Numbered from the stretch's first letter, positions 18,611 to 27,824 are shown. The stretch is 41,175 nucleotides of DNA from Prorocentrum cordatum (GCA_963575745.1 CAUYUJ010000325.1:620001-661175); one strand, 5' to 3'. The notes: a model not told the origin generated them from the sequence alone. Numbers and translations are program-made.

Positions 18611-20893
18611 TCAGGGGGCCTGCCCTGCATCAACATTCCTTCTGCCAAATTTAGCGGGCTCTGCTACGCTTTGGAAGCATGCACACAGAGAGGGAACTGC
18701 ACGGCAAAACCGGCGTCCTGAAATAGACCAGGGAGCTGTCGAACGAGCGCCGGTGGGCAAGGATCGGCACGCCGAGCCCAGAGAACACCAGTCGTCTCGG
18801 CCCTGCAGCACATGGTGAGCCTCGCCAGTGAAGGAGCAAAATCCGCGCCCAATGCACCTCTTGTGCAGCCGTTCGGCGTCGGGCAAGAGAAAAGTTCGAA
18901 ATCGGGCCGGCTTCTTCCATGCAGTGCCCCATCCGCAGTAGTGGGTGATGATATCGAGCACTTGTGGGACAGCTGAGATGCGGATCGCATCAGGCACGCG
19001 CCACATGCAGCTGCTCTGCGGGTTCTCCCAGAGAAAAGGGGTTCGGTATTTAATGCACTGGCCGAATATCCTCACAGCGTTGTGAAACAACTTGTTGCCC
19101 TCATTGAGTTGAGACTGCAGGCGGGGCGGAAGCCCTGGAAGGCCTGCTAAAAATTGCTTTGAACGGATAGCATTGTGCCCACCACAGGCGATCGGGAAGG
19201 CTGCACATGGAACGCCCGCCAACACGCCGAGGCAGTGGCCTGATCTGACGAGCTCCAGGACCCGACGCATCACACCAGGGCGGAGGAGGTCGCCTTCGGG
19301 ACCTTGCAGGACGTCGAAGGAGTAGGCCTTGCATCGGCGACGCCGCATGCCGTTGCTCCAGACCTCGGACCCTGCAAACAGCTCTATGTAGAATGGCTGG
19401 TAGTCCCAGAGGGGGTCCGCTGTCTTGCGGCGCCGCTGCCGCAGAAGTGCGCCACGAGCTTGTCGGCGAATGCGGCCGCGGCTGTCTCGCAATATTGGCG
19501 CTGGCGCACGCTCAGGTTGTTCCAGACCTTCTGCAGCAGGCCGCGCTTCTCGTAGCGCCGCACGCTGCTCAGCGTGCGCCAGCGGCCCCTCTTTGCGACC
19601 TCGTCGAGATTCAGACGGCCCTCCTGGCTCGCTCCTGAGTGGCGGGCCATGTAGAGTACTGGCAAGAGCGGCGCGAGGCCCACTCGCGCGGCAGCGCGGC
19701 CGAACAGGCCCTTCAACTGCGACAGCATGAGCGGCCACAGCGGCTGCCCGCGGCGGCTCGAGGCAAGGGCGACAAGACACGCCCCGATCCAGCGACGCGA
19801 GATCGTGACGGTCTCGTCCATCTCGCCTGAAGCTCTCAGCATGTAGTCGGGGTTGATGTGAATCACCACGTCCGTGACGGTCCCGCAGGGCCCTAAGACC
19901 TGCGCAGCAGAGAGCCTCATCGCCTCTCCCGGCCGCAAGTACGTGTCCACCATCATGATCCAGGCCAGGGCTGCCTCGAAGCCGCAGGGCAAGCAAACTG
20001 ACGCTGCCTCGGCCAGGATCTGCATCGCGACCGCGCAGCAGACCGCCCAAGGCAGCGGCCTGCACGTTTTGGTAGGCGCGAGCCCCCTCCAGCCCCGCAG
20101 CGCCCGCCCCGCCCGCGGCAACGGCAGGCGGCCCCGAACGTGATAATCTGGGATGAACATCATGAGGGCCGCGATGAGCTTCTCGCCCGTGGAGGGCGCC
20201 TTCCCCTGCAGGCACAGGCGATCGAAGAATTGCACGACACGTGCGTCGAGCGAGTGGGCTGGCATGATGAGACTGGCAAGGCCACAGAAGATCACGAAGG
20301 CAGAGAGCAACCGGTTGTAGCTGGCGAAGGTCCGCTGCTGGACGGCTGCTTGCTCGGCGATCCCCAGCCGGAGCGCGGCGTCGCGGGCAGGTCCGTGCGT
20401 GGACTGCCGCGCGTAGGCCCGCCGCCTCTCGTTCGCGTTGAGCGACCCCGCCCCTGGCCCCCCTGCGGCGCGCGCGCCGAACGCGGCCGTCTCGAGCTGC
20501 GTCGTCCGCTCGGCCGCGGTCAGCAGCGGAGCCGCTGGCGCGCCCGAGCCGCGCGCGGGCTGCAGGCCCAGCAGGCGCGGTCCGCGGGGCGGCCGCGGAG
20601 CCGCCCCCGCGGCAGGCGGCGCCCGCCGGGGAGCCGTCCTCGATGGGCGCGGGGCCTCCCCTCGCCTCGGGAACGGCAGCGCCTCCAGCGCCGGCGCCGC
20701 AGCCCTCGCCAGCGCCAGGCGCTGGCCTGGCCGCGGGGGGCGCGAGCCCAGGCGGGGCGAGCGCGACCGGCAGCGGTTTGCCAGACTTGCGCTCCCAGCG
20801 GCTGAGCTCATCCGCAGGGCTCAGCTCCGAAGGCAGCCATCTGCGACACACGACTGTGCCGGTGAGAAGCAGCAGGGCAGACCAGCGGCGCAT
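18611..20893 (-). CDS. Element 2 RNase H C-terminus, long linker and C5 cytosine DNA methyltransferase (domain ~18664-19395, last motif frameshifted)
   Basis: RWLPSELSPAD. MTase motifs: I ELFAGS, IV GVPC, VI WENP, VIII HYCGWG..WKKPA. Motif X-like ADPCPPAL lies in ORF 18664..18990. Confidence 0.85.
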   Translation of the reverse strand: MRRWSALLLLTGTVVCRRWLPSELSPADELSRWERKSGKPLPVALAPPGLAPPAARPAPGAGEGCGAGAGGAAVPEARGGPAPIEDGSPAGAACRGGGSAAAPRTAPAGPAARARLGRASGSAADRGRADDAARDGRVRRARRRGARGGVAQREREAAGLRAAVHARTCPRRRAPAGDRRASSRPAADLRQLQPVALCLRDLLWPCQSHHASPLARRTCRAILRSPVPAGEGALHGREAHRGPHDVHPRLSRSGPPAVAAGGAGAAGLEGARAYQNVQAAALGGLLRGRDADPGRGSVSLLALRLRGSPGLDHDGGHVLAAGRGDEALCCAGLRALRDRHGRGDSHQPRLHAESFRRDGRDRHDLASLDRGVSCRPCLEPPRAAAVAAHAVAVEGPVRPRCRASGPRAALASTLHGPPLRSEPGGPSESRRGRKEGPLAHAEQRAALREARPAAEGLEQPERAPAPILRDSRGRIRRQARGALLRQRRRKTADPLWDYQPFYIELFAGSEVWSNGMRRRRCKAYSFDVLQGPEGDLLRPGVMRRVLELVRSGHCLGVLAGVPCAAFPIACGGHNAIRSKQFLAGLPGLPPRLQSQLNEGNKLFHNAVRIFGQCIKYRTPFLWENPQSSCMWRVPDAIRISAVPQVLDIITHYCGWGTAWKKPARFRTFLLPDAERLHKRCIGRGFCSFTGEAHHVLQGRDDWCSLGSACRSLPTGARSTAPWSISGRRFCRAVPSLCACFQSVAEPAKFGRRNVDAGQAP
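19384..20811 (-). CDS. Element 2 tyrosine recombinase
   Basis: TYLRPGE (catalytic R), LYMARHSGAS, RGRW, VRRYEK (catalytic Y), plus an N-terminal T..SY helix region. Confidence 0.9.
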   Translation of the reverse strand: MSSAAGSASLANRCRSRSPRLGSRPPRPGQRLALARAAAPALEALPFPRRGEAPRPSRTAPRRAPPAAGAAPRPPRGPRLLGLQPARGSGAPAAPLLTAAERTTQLETAAFGARAAGGPGAGSLNANERRRAYARQSTHGPARDAALRLGIAEQAAVQQRTFASYNRLLSAFVIFCGLASLIMPAHSLDARVVQFFDRLCLQGKAPSTGEKLIAALMMFIPDYHVRGRLPLPRAGRALRGWRGLAPTKTCRPLPWAVCCAVAMQILAEAASVCLPCGFEAALAWIMMVDTYLRPGEAMRLSAAQVLGPCGTVTDVVIHINPDYMLRASGEMDETVTISRRWIGACLVALASSRRGQPLWPLMLSQLKGLFGRAAARVGLAPLLPVLYMARHSGASQEGRLNLDEVAKRGRWRTLSSVRRYEKRGLLQKVWNNLSVRQRQYCETAAAAFADKLVAHFCGSGAARQRTPSGTTSHST

Positions 20894-21736
20894 GATATTG
20901 AGAAGCCGCGCATCTCGAGCCCGACCCTTCGACGAAGCGAGAGAGAGGCCAGGTCGTCGCCCAGGAGAAGTACCCGTTTACCCCAACGTAGTGGGTCAGA
21001 CAGATGTACACGAATTGCCTCGGCTACTCCTCGGGCTTCCTCACGACGCATGGCCTCGGGGTCCCCCATGAGCCTGCGATGCTGGAAAGCCCTAACATAC
21101 TGGGGAGAGATCTCGGGGAAGCTCGGATCCACCTCGCCGACCTTTCGCATGTCGTCGATCGATCGAACGCCCCCGCCCTCGCCCTCCAGCTCCTCCGCGC
21201 CCCTCGCTCGGTCACGTGGTCGGTAGGTACCATCGTCAGATCGAGTATGTCGGCATCGGCATCGCCGCCTCTCCTGCCACCCCCCCGCTCGCTCGACGAA
21301 GTCGATCGGCGCATCGGCGACGACGGACGCGCGACCCGTCTCGCACGCGTCGGCGGCTGTAACCGCATGCATCCAGACGACGAGATAGCAGGATGAGGAT
21401 GCCTTGGAAGATTGTCAGCTCACGGCTCACAGAGTCCCACAGAGGCCCCCACTCCACAAAACCTGAGCGAATGAAAGCGTACTCTGCGCAGAAGCTGGCA
21501 AGGGCCTCACGCCGAACCAGCGCGCAAAAGGTGCAATGGCCTATGAGATGCTCGAGCTCGCTGCTGGTGGCCCGACGCCTCACCTCGACCAGGTACTGGA
21601 TTCCGAAGTGCAGCTTCCAGAAACGCTTCGCCGAGAGCTGGACGGCGGGGGGCGAGCCTGTCAGCCCGACGCCCAGCATATCCATATCCTGCGCGGCGCC
21701 CCCCCCCCCCACACACACACACACACACACACACAC
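20821..21736 (-). pseudogene. Element 2 RT thumb / RNase H, frameshifted
   Basis: DMLGV..RFWKL..LEHLIGHCTFCAL..LWDSVSREL and ADACETG..FPEI parallel the element 1 pol. Confidence 0.82.
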
Positions 21737-24395
21737 AGTGCACTGCGAGGTCCTGCGAGGCGAAGGCGGCAGAGGCCTGACGTCTCCTCGCGGTGACCTC
21801 CGCCTCGTCGGCGCCCACCAGCAGCACGTCGTCGACGCGCAGCGAGTGGGCTGGCCCGCCCTGCGCCGAGGGGGGCGGTCGGAAGTCGACGGATCCGGGG
21901 CAGGTCGCGAAGAGGGGGTGGTCGTCTAGAGAGCACTCGTGAGCCCTCTGCACCATGTAGAGCACCCAGGACCAGCCCATTGGCACCACTGACATCTGCG
22001 GATACACAACGCCCCACGGCTCGACGGGTCGACCCAGCACGCGCGTCACTCCCACAGCACCAGCGCGCACCTGCGGCAAGCAGAAGTAGTCGCACAGGTA
22101 GGACGGCAGGCGGTGCTGGTAGAAGGCACTCTTGACACCCTGCCCTCCGCGCCAGGCTGCCTGGCCAGCCTCCACCTCGAAGTCGCCGAAAGCGGCCCCG
22201 CTGAAGAGCGCCGCTGGATCGGGCTTGGTGAACCTCTGATTAGAACGGCGACGGCCCAGCGCCAGCCTCAACCCGCCGTCCTTCTTTGCGACGAAGAAGA
22301 CAGTCACATCCTCCCGTCGATGACGGCCGACACGGAAGCAGCCTCGCGCTAGACCATCTCGAACAAACGCATGGTAAGCATTCGCGTGATTCTTCCAAAC
22401 AGGATCCATATAGAGTAGAGGCCGCTGCTCAGTCTTGATCACCTCCTCAAGCTCGGGCTGCGGCAGCACAAGCGAGTGGTCACGATCCAAGAGAATAGAC
22501 TGGTCCCGAGCGGTGAGCCCGTCTGTCAGCCACCCAGGCCGGTTGCCGACATCAGGCGAGGAGACCAAGTGTCGCGCATGGGACCGTAGCGGCGTAACCT
22601 CCCCAGCGTAGCTGAGGAGGGCTTGCCCCAGCAGCTCCCCACAAGCCGTCCGAGACGACGCCGAGGTAGGCGGGCGATGTTCAGTGCGTAGCCGTACCAC
22701 TCGCTCACACAGCGACTGGTGCCAGGGAGAGGGGGCCGAGGAGTCGGGCCCGCAGGTCGGGTAGCCAGCCATCGAGTTCAGCGCCTCGATCGTCTCCCTG
22801 GAGCGCTTCAAAATACATGCTGATATACCATTGCGGCGGCCAATGGGGATCGTGCCAGGGTCGCAGAAAAAGTTGATTGGGAATGCGCCATCTCCAGCAC
22901 GAGGGGCCCCCGCAGGGTGAATTGAGTGGCTCTCTGGATCGGGCGCGCGCTCGCCACGCGTGGCCCCCGCGAAGTTCACCCCGCTGGCGAACTGTCCTCG
23001 TTCGCCTTGTCTTCGTCCTTGACCTCGTTTTTTGTTGTTGCTGTGGCCGCCCTGGCCGCGCTTCGCCGCCTGCTCCTCCCTGAACTTGCGGCGCTGCTTG
23101 GCGATCTCCACCTCCGTTGCCAGCTGGTCGGTCGCGTGGCGCGCCAGCCCTGGCGCCATGGGGATACCTCGCCGAATGGCGCCGCCCTGATCGCGCCCGA
23201 TGTAGCACTCCAGCCCCTCGGTGCGCATGGGGCCCTTTGCCTCCTCCACCTGCTGGTAGCATCTGGCGACCACCTCCATGCATGCTAAGTTGGACCCGTG
23301 GACCTGGTCGTATACCAAGCTCAAAAACATAGAGAGCCCCAGCAAGTCATGGAGGTGGCCCGCCGTGCTGTCGGGCTGCAGGGACTCCTCCGCGAGGTGC
23401 TTGGTGCGGCGGCCGTCGGGCGTGCCTCCGTGCTCGGTTACGCGCCGCTGAAGCCACAAGAACGATCGTTCCCCCATCAGCGGGAAAGCGCCCAGGGCCT
23501 CCTCACGGAGCTCAAGCACGCCCGTGCGGTAGTCCAGATGTCGCTGCCCATGGGAGTCATAGCGCAGCGGCCACAGCGTTCTGGCATCCCCCAAGCCCGA
23601 CTCGTCAACCAGCGGTTCCACGGGGAGGTCGGCCAGACGCGCGGCAATGCGTTTGCCGCTGGGCAGGACATGAATGGCACGGTCGTCGTCGACCAGGGCG
23701 GACTCGCTGAGCTTCACCTCATCATCGCGGGCGATCTGGCCCGGCACCGTCTCGGGGCTGACCCAGACGCACCTAGGCTCGGGCACGCGCCGTCCGCGGG
23801 GCGTGTCCGTTCCCAGCACGGGCTGAGACACCTCTCCCGCGGCTGGGGCGCCCCCGTGGTCGCTCGGAGGTACCTCCACCAGGGGCTCGGCCGCCTGCAG
23901 CGGGGGCGGCAGCGGCACAAGGTCCCCCAGTGGCACCTCACGTTCACCACGCCGCAGGTACTTCAGCTCGTCCTGCGCGGCGATGCGGATCCCGTCGAAA
24001 GTCGCCTCCTCGATGGCCTCGGTGATCTGCCGCGCGAGGTCGTCATCGGTGGGCAGCTCCCCACAGGCGTACAGCGTTCCTGGCGGGATGACGGCATTGC
24101 CGCCCGTGGAGTCCAGGATGGCGAAGCGAGATCCCCAGCCCATCCCAGACCTGATCGGCTCGGCGTATACATCTCCGTCAGGCGTGGCCACGAACCATCT
24201 CCTGCGGGGAGACTCGGGACTAGCAGGCCGCAGCAGGACTCGCTCGTGCCAATAGTCGGGGTCGCCCGTATAGAAGATCGCCACGTGGAGGCCCGCGAGC
24301 ATCTTACCGCACCACTCCGCCGCCGCGACGGGCTGGCCGTCCTGGCGGAAGTACACTTCCCTGGCTCCTCCCAGCAGCTGCAGAGCTGTCGCCAT
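21507..24395 (-). CDS. Element 2 gag-like region plus RT in one open frame (RT motifs degenerate, (TG)n inserted at ~21711-21737)
   Basis: WHERVLL..TPDGDVY, DARTL, YDQ..NLACMEVVAR, KQRRKFREE. Then FFVAKKDGGLRL, GVKSAFY, PMGWSW, RVDD. Confidence 0.85.
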   Translation of the reverse strand: MATALQLLGGAREVYFRQDGQPVAAAEWCGKMLAGLHVAIFYTGDPDYWHERVLLRPASPESPRRRWFVATPDGDVYAEPIRSGMGWGSRFAILDSTGGNAVIPPGTLYACGELPTDDDLARQITEAIEEATFDGIRIAAQDELKYLRRGEREVPLGDLVPLPPPLQAAEPLVEVPPSDHGGAPAAGEVSQPVLGTDTPRGRRVPEPRCVWVSPETVPGQIARDDEVKLSESALVDDDRAIHVLPSGKRIAARLADLPVEPLVDESGLGDARTLWPLRYDSHGQRHLDYRTGVLELREEALGAFPLMGERSFLWLQRRVTEHGGTPDGRRTKHLAEESLQPDSTAGHLHDLLGLSMFLSLVYDQVHGSNLACMEVVARCYQQVEEAKGPMRTEGLECYIGRDQGGAIRRGIPMAPGLARHATDQLATEVEIAKQRRKFREEQAAKRGQGGHSNNKKRGQGRRQGERGQFASGVNFAGATRGERAPDPESHSIHPAGAPRAGDGAFPINFFCDPGTIPIGRRNGISACILKRSRETIEALNSMAGYPTCGPDSSAPSPWHQSLCERVVRLRTEHRPPTSASSRTACGELLGQALLSYAGEVTPLRSHARHLVSSPDVGNRPGWLTDGLTARDQSILLDRDHSLVLPQPELEEVIKTEQRPLLYMDPVWKNHANAYHAFVRDGLARGCFRVGRHRREDVTVFFVAKKDGGLRLALGRRRSNQRFTKPDPAALFSGAAFGDFEVEAGQAAWRGGQGVKSAFYQHRLPSYLCDYFCLPQVRAGAVGVTRVLGRPVEPWGVVYPQMSVVPMGWSWVLYMVQRAHECSLDDHPLFATCPGSVDFRPPPSAQGGPAHSLRVDDVLLVGADEAEVTARRRQASAAFASQDLAVHCVCVCVCVCGGGGRRAGYGYAGRRADRLAPRRPALGEAFLEAALRNPVPGRGEASGHQQRARASHRPLHLLRAGSA

Positions 24396-24834
24396 CGCGC
24401 CGCCTGCTCGGGCAGCACACGGGACGGAGGCAGCAGGCCACCCCCGCCTTCAGCAGCTCCAGCAGCCAGCTCCCCAGGAGCACGGAGACCGCCGCCGAGG
24501 CCGCGGCCGAAGCCGACGAGGGCAGCTCGGGGGGCGGCGGGGGCGGAGGCTCAGGAGCGGCCGCCCGCGCCCTGAGCAGCTCGGCGAGCTCGGAAACGCG
24601 GGCCTCGACCCGGTCGAGGCGGGCGCCTACCCTCTCGCACGCGGCGCCTGCCTCTCCCGAGGCGGCCTCCGCCCGTTCCGCCGCGTCCGCGGCCCCCACA
24701 GCAGCTGCCGCGACGTCCAGCGGCTCGTCGAGCTTGACGAAGCGGCTCGGCTCCGCCGATCGCAACCCAGCCCAGTACAGGTTCGATAGTGCACACAGCA
24801 CTGCGAGAACAGAGGTCTGGGCGTGTGGCTGCAT
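24304..24834 (-). CDS. Element 2 small 5' ORF, putative membrane protein (176 aa)
   Basis: Open ORF starting 7 nt after A1: hydrophobic SVLAVLCALSNLYWAGL, coiled-coil-like helix, poly-Pro, hydrophobic AAVSVLLGSWLLELLKAGVA, CC..CC, RRR, terminal RRGGGVVR. Overlaps the gag start. Confidence 0.65.
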   Translation of the reverse strand: MQPHAQTSVLAVLCALSNLYWAGLRSAEPSRFVKLDEPLDVAAAAVGAADAAERAEAASGEAGAACERVGARLDRVEARVSELAELLRARAAAPEPPPPPPPELPSSASAAASAAVSVLLGSWLLELLKAGVACCLRPVCCPSRRRDGDSSAAAGRSQGSVLPPGRPARRGGGVVR

Positions 24835-24840
24835 GCGCTT

Positions 24841-24920
24841 GACCCAGAGAGACGATGGAAAATGTAAACATTCATTCCTGAGACTCTCTCAGCCCCAGCT
24901 GCAAACCGAGCCCGCTCTAT
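24841..24920 (-). repeat. Element 2 5' repeat A1
   Basis: Matches 18400-18476, with a 4-nt indel and a few substitutions. Confidence 0.93.
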
Positions 24921-24934
24921 CATCACCCCTTCGT

Positions 24935-25320
24935 CCCTCCCCTCTCCTCCCTCCTCTCTCCCCTCTCTCTCCCTCCTCCTCCTCCTCCTCCTCGTCCTCC
25001 TCCTCCTCCTCGTCCTCCTCCTGCTCCTCCTCCTCCTCGTCCTCCTCCTGCTCCTACTCCTCCTCCTCCTCCTCCTCCTCCTCCTCCTCCTCCTCCTCCT
25101 CCTCCTCCTCCTCCTCCTCCTCCTGTCTCCTCGTTCCTCCCCCCTCGTGGACGGCCCCGATCTTGAACAAATCGGGACGTCGGACCTCCAGGCGTGGCGC
25201 TCGCGTCCTCCTCGGCCGGGCCGGCGACCCACTCCTGGGCTGCGCGCGCAGAGGGTCAGGTCGGGCATGTCCCCCCACAGGCGGATCTTGGCAGAAAAAC
25301 ACTTGAAAAAAAGCCCCACA

Positions 25321-25394
<74 letters not shown>
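24935..25394 (+). repeat. (CCT)n (~24935-25123) and (CA)n (~25317-25394) microsatellites
   Basis: Direct inspection. Confidence 0.92.
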
Positions 25395-25395
<1 letters not shown>

Positions 25396-26569
25396 CAACA
25401 AAAAAAACTCAAACATGGTTTTTTATGTTCAGAATCCCCAGACGATTGCTTTGCTGTGTTGGAATATTCCTCCTGCAGAGGGACAGGCCCGAATTACACG
25501 GAGGGCGGTGGCGCGAGGGCCGGCGGCCCCCTCGAGAGGGCGGCGGGGTGGGCCTCGGGAAGGCGGCGGGGGGCAGGAGGCCTCTTGCCTTCTCGGGAAG
25601 CCCCAGGGGCCCTCCAAGAGGGCCCCCTCCCTCCGCCGTGACCTTCCAGGGCGCGGAGAAAGATGGAAAAAAAGGCCTGTCGGCCTGCCTCGGCCGCCGA
25701 GAACGTCGACGCGGATATGCAGATGTCGCGGTCCTGGTGATATCTGAAAGCCCTCCTGGAAATTCAAGGTGCGAGGCCCCCGCCGCTTCCTGACAAGGCC
25801 ACCCACCCTCGCGCCAATCCCCCTTGCGAGCGCCGCGGCGCTCCTCGGCGCCTTCGCGGCTGCACGCCGCGCAGACCCCAAAGGGGTCCAGCAGTGACAC
25901 CGGGCCGAAGCACAGCGCTGCGCCCATCTGCTCGCGGCAAGGGCCGCCAGCGGGGGGGGGCCGCCAGCGGCGGGGGGGGCGTGCTCGAGCCAAACGTTGG
26001 AGGTTTGGAAATGGGCACCAGCACCAGGGGCTGCCTCCACAGGGCGAAGACGATCCTAGATTCTGGCGTTGGTGGAAAATATTTCAATCACCCCGGAAGC
26101 CAGAATATTACCATAATCACCGAGATCGGGATCTTCTTCCCTAGGTGGAGGCACAACGCCGATATTGGTGTTGGTATCAACGTGTAGGCCTGCGAATACG
26201 GCCAGGGGGGGCGGCGGAGGGATTCCTGAGAAACTCCATTCCATGGCAGCCACGCGGCTGCCCCTCCACCTCCCGACCTGGTCTGCCCGCAGCAGAGGGG
26301 GCGGCAGGGCGCCGCACTCAGCACCCGCCCCTCGTCAGAGGCAGTCTCAAAGCCTCTGGTGGGCCACGGCTGCCTGGGCACGTGCCTTTGCGGTGGGGCG
26401 GGGGGGGTGGGGGGGGAGGACTTGGGTCCCTGAAACTGTGTGGCGAGACCCCCCTTCCCCCGCGCCACGCCGCCGGACGACGCGTTCTGGCATCCCCCCC
26501 ACGCGCGCCACAGAACCACCACCCCCACGATGCACCTGCAGCTTGCCCAGCCTAGGCCAGCCCAACAGT

Positions 26570-27368
26570 CCAACCATGTCTTGTCATCAAGTTCCTCGTA
26601 CTTCTTGCAAAACGCAATTTTATCTAATATGGCTGGGAACGTAACCATTGCTGCTATCTTCGTGGGGTTTTTGAACGTGTTGATGTCGAGGTTTTTGATG
26701 TCACCCAGCATCCGTTTCAGTATATATTCCAACTTTGACACCAAATCCCAGCATCCGTTTCAGTATAGATTCCAACTTTGACACCAAATCTTCTGACTCC
26801 AACTGCTGTTTGAACCTTAGTGCGACCATCAGTTTGCTCTTGTCGTCGGTGGCTTTGCTGTCGGGGTTGTTGTCCGTGGTCGTGTTGATTTTCTCTTAGT
26901 CAGTCTGCTCTCCTGGATATTACTGTCTACGATCTGCTCGATCTGCTCTTTGGTTAGGTATACGTCGTCGAGGTCGTTCTGGGCCACCCCACCACCTCCA
27001 ACTCTATTTCCTCCATTTTATCCTGGATCTCCTCCGCCGCCCTCCTTGCGTCCTGTGCCTCGATCCGCGCTTGGTCAATCATGTGTTTGACACTGTTCAT
27101 ATCGTCCTTCAATGCGTCTAGCTTTTTTGTTTTGACGCACTTCGTACTGTTGAAACCAATTTGGAGGCTCCTCCATCCTATTTATGTTTATCCCTTTGAC
27201 TTCTGGTATCACCTCCGTCTCGGACTTCTCCCCATCTACGATCTCCACGTCACCTTTCTCCATCATGGCGTTTGGTTTTGCTACTTTTTGGTTTTCAGGA
27301 GTCGACCCTGTCCTTGAACCCGAACGTGTACCTTTCTTACTGCCCAGTCCTGCCCAGCTCGGCGCCAC
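26570..27368 (-). pseudogene. LINE ORF1-like remnant (basic N-terminus, coiled coil, possible RRM-like part)
   Basis: AT-richer island. MEEPPNWFQQYE, then frameshifted KLDALKDDMNSVKHMIDQARIEAQDARRAAEEIQDKMEEIELE, then VSKLEYILKRML..MVTFP. SL-like relics upstream. Confidence 0.45.
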
Positions 27369-27824
27369 GGGCGTGGAACGAAAGGTGATAGCAAAAGCAT
27401 CGGGGTAGGTAATACAGAGTCTGGCTTGTGCTAAAGTATGCTCTTAAGCCAACAACAAGAAACATCAACAACGGTAAGTCTAAGATTGTTCGGTCTTATC
27501 TCCTCGCGTGTCATTCAACACGTATAGCTCAAACCCTCGATACCCACCCTCGTCGTCTTCGATCGTATCCCCTTGGGTGTATATGTTCACTACCACGTGC
27601 ATTTCGTGCAGCACCTCAGGCAGGGGAAGAGAGGACGGATGGGAAGAACGGATAAGGGGGAGAGAGAGGAGGATGGAACACGAGAGAGAGAGAGAGTAGC
27701 AACACGGGGGATAGGAGCAGAAAACACGTAGCTGAACCAGACTGCCGGATCGGGCAGGTAGACCCTAACAGGCGGGCCCAAACGGCCAGGTCGAGCAGGC
27801 GGGTTGCTGAAGCGTGCGTCCTGC

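Larger units (their letters stand above)
18214..24920 (-). mobile_element. YR retrotransposon 2 (split direct repeats A1..B1-A2-B2), DNMT-carrying, both termini present, decayed
   Basis: A1 24841-24920 matches A2 18400-18476. B1 18477-18603 matches B2 18214-18340 (127 bp each). Same gene order as element 1. Confidence 0.93.

Noticed and set aside
23298..24575. 425-aa plus-strand ORF and similar antisense ORFs over the YR elements
   Set aside because: Antisense shadows of GC3-rich coding sequence.
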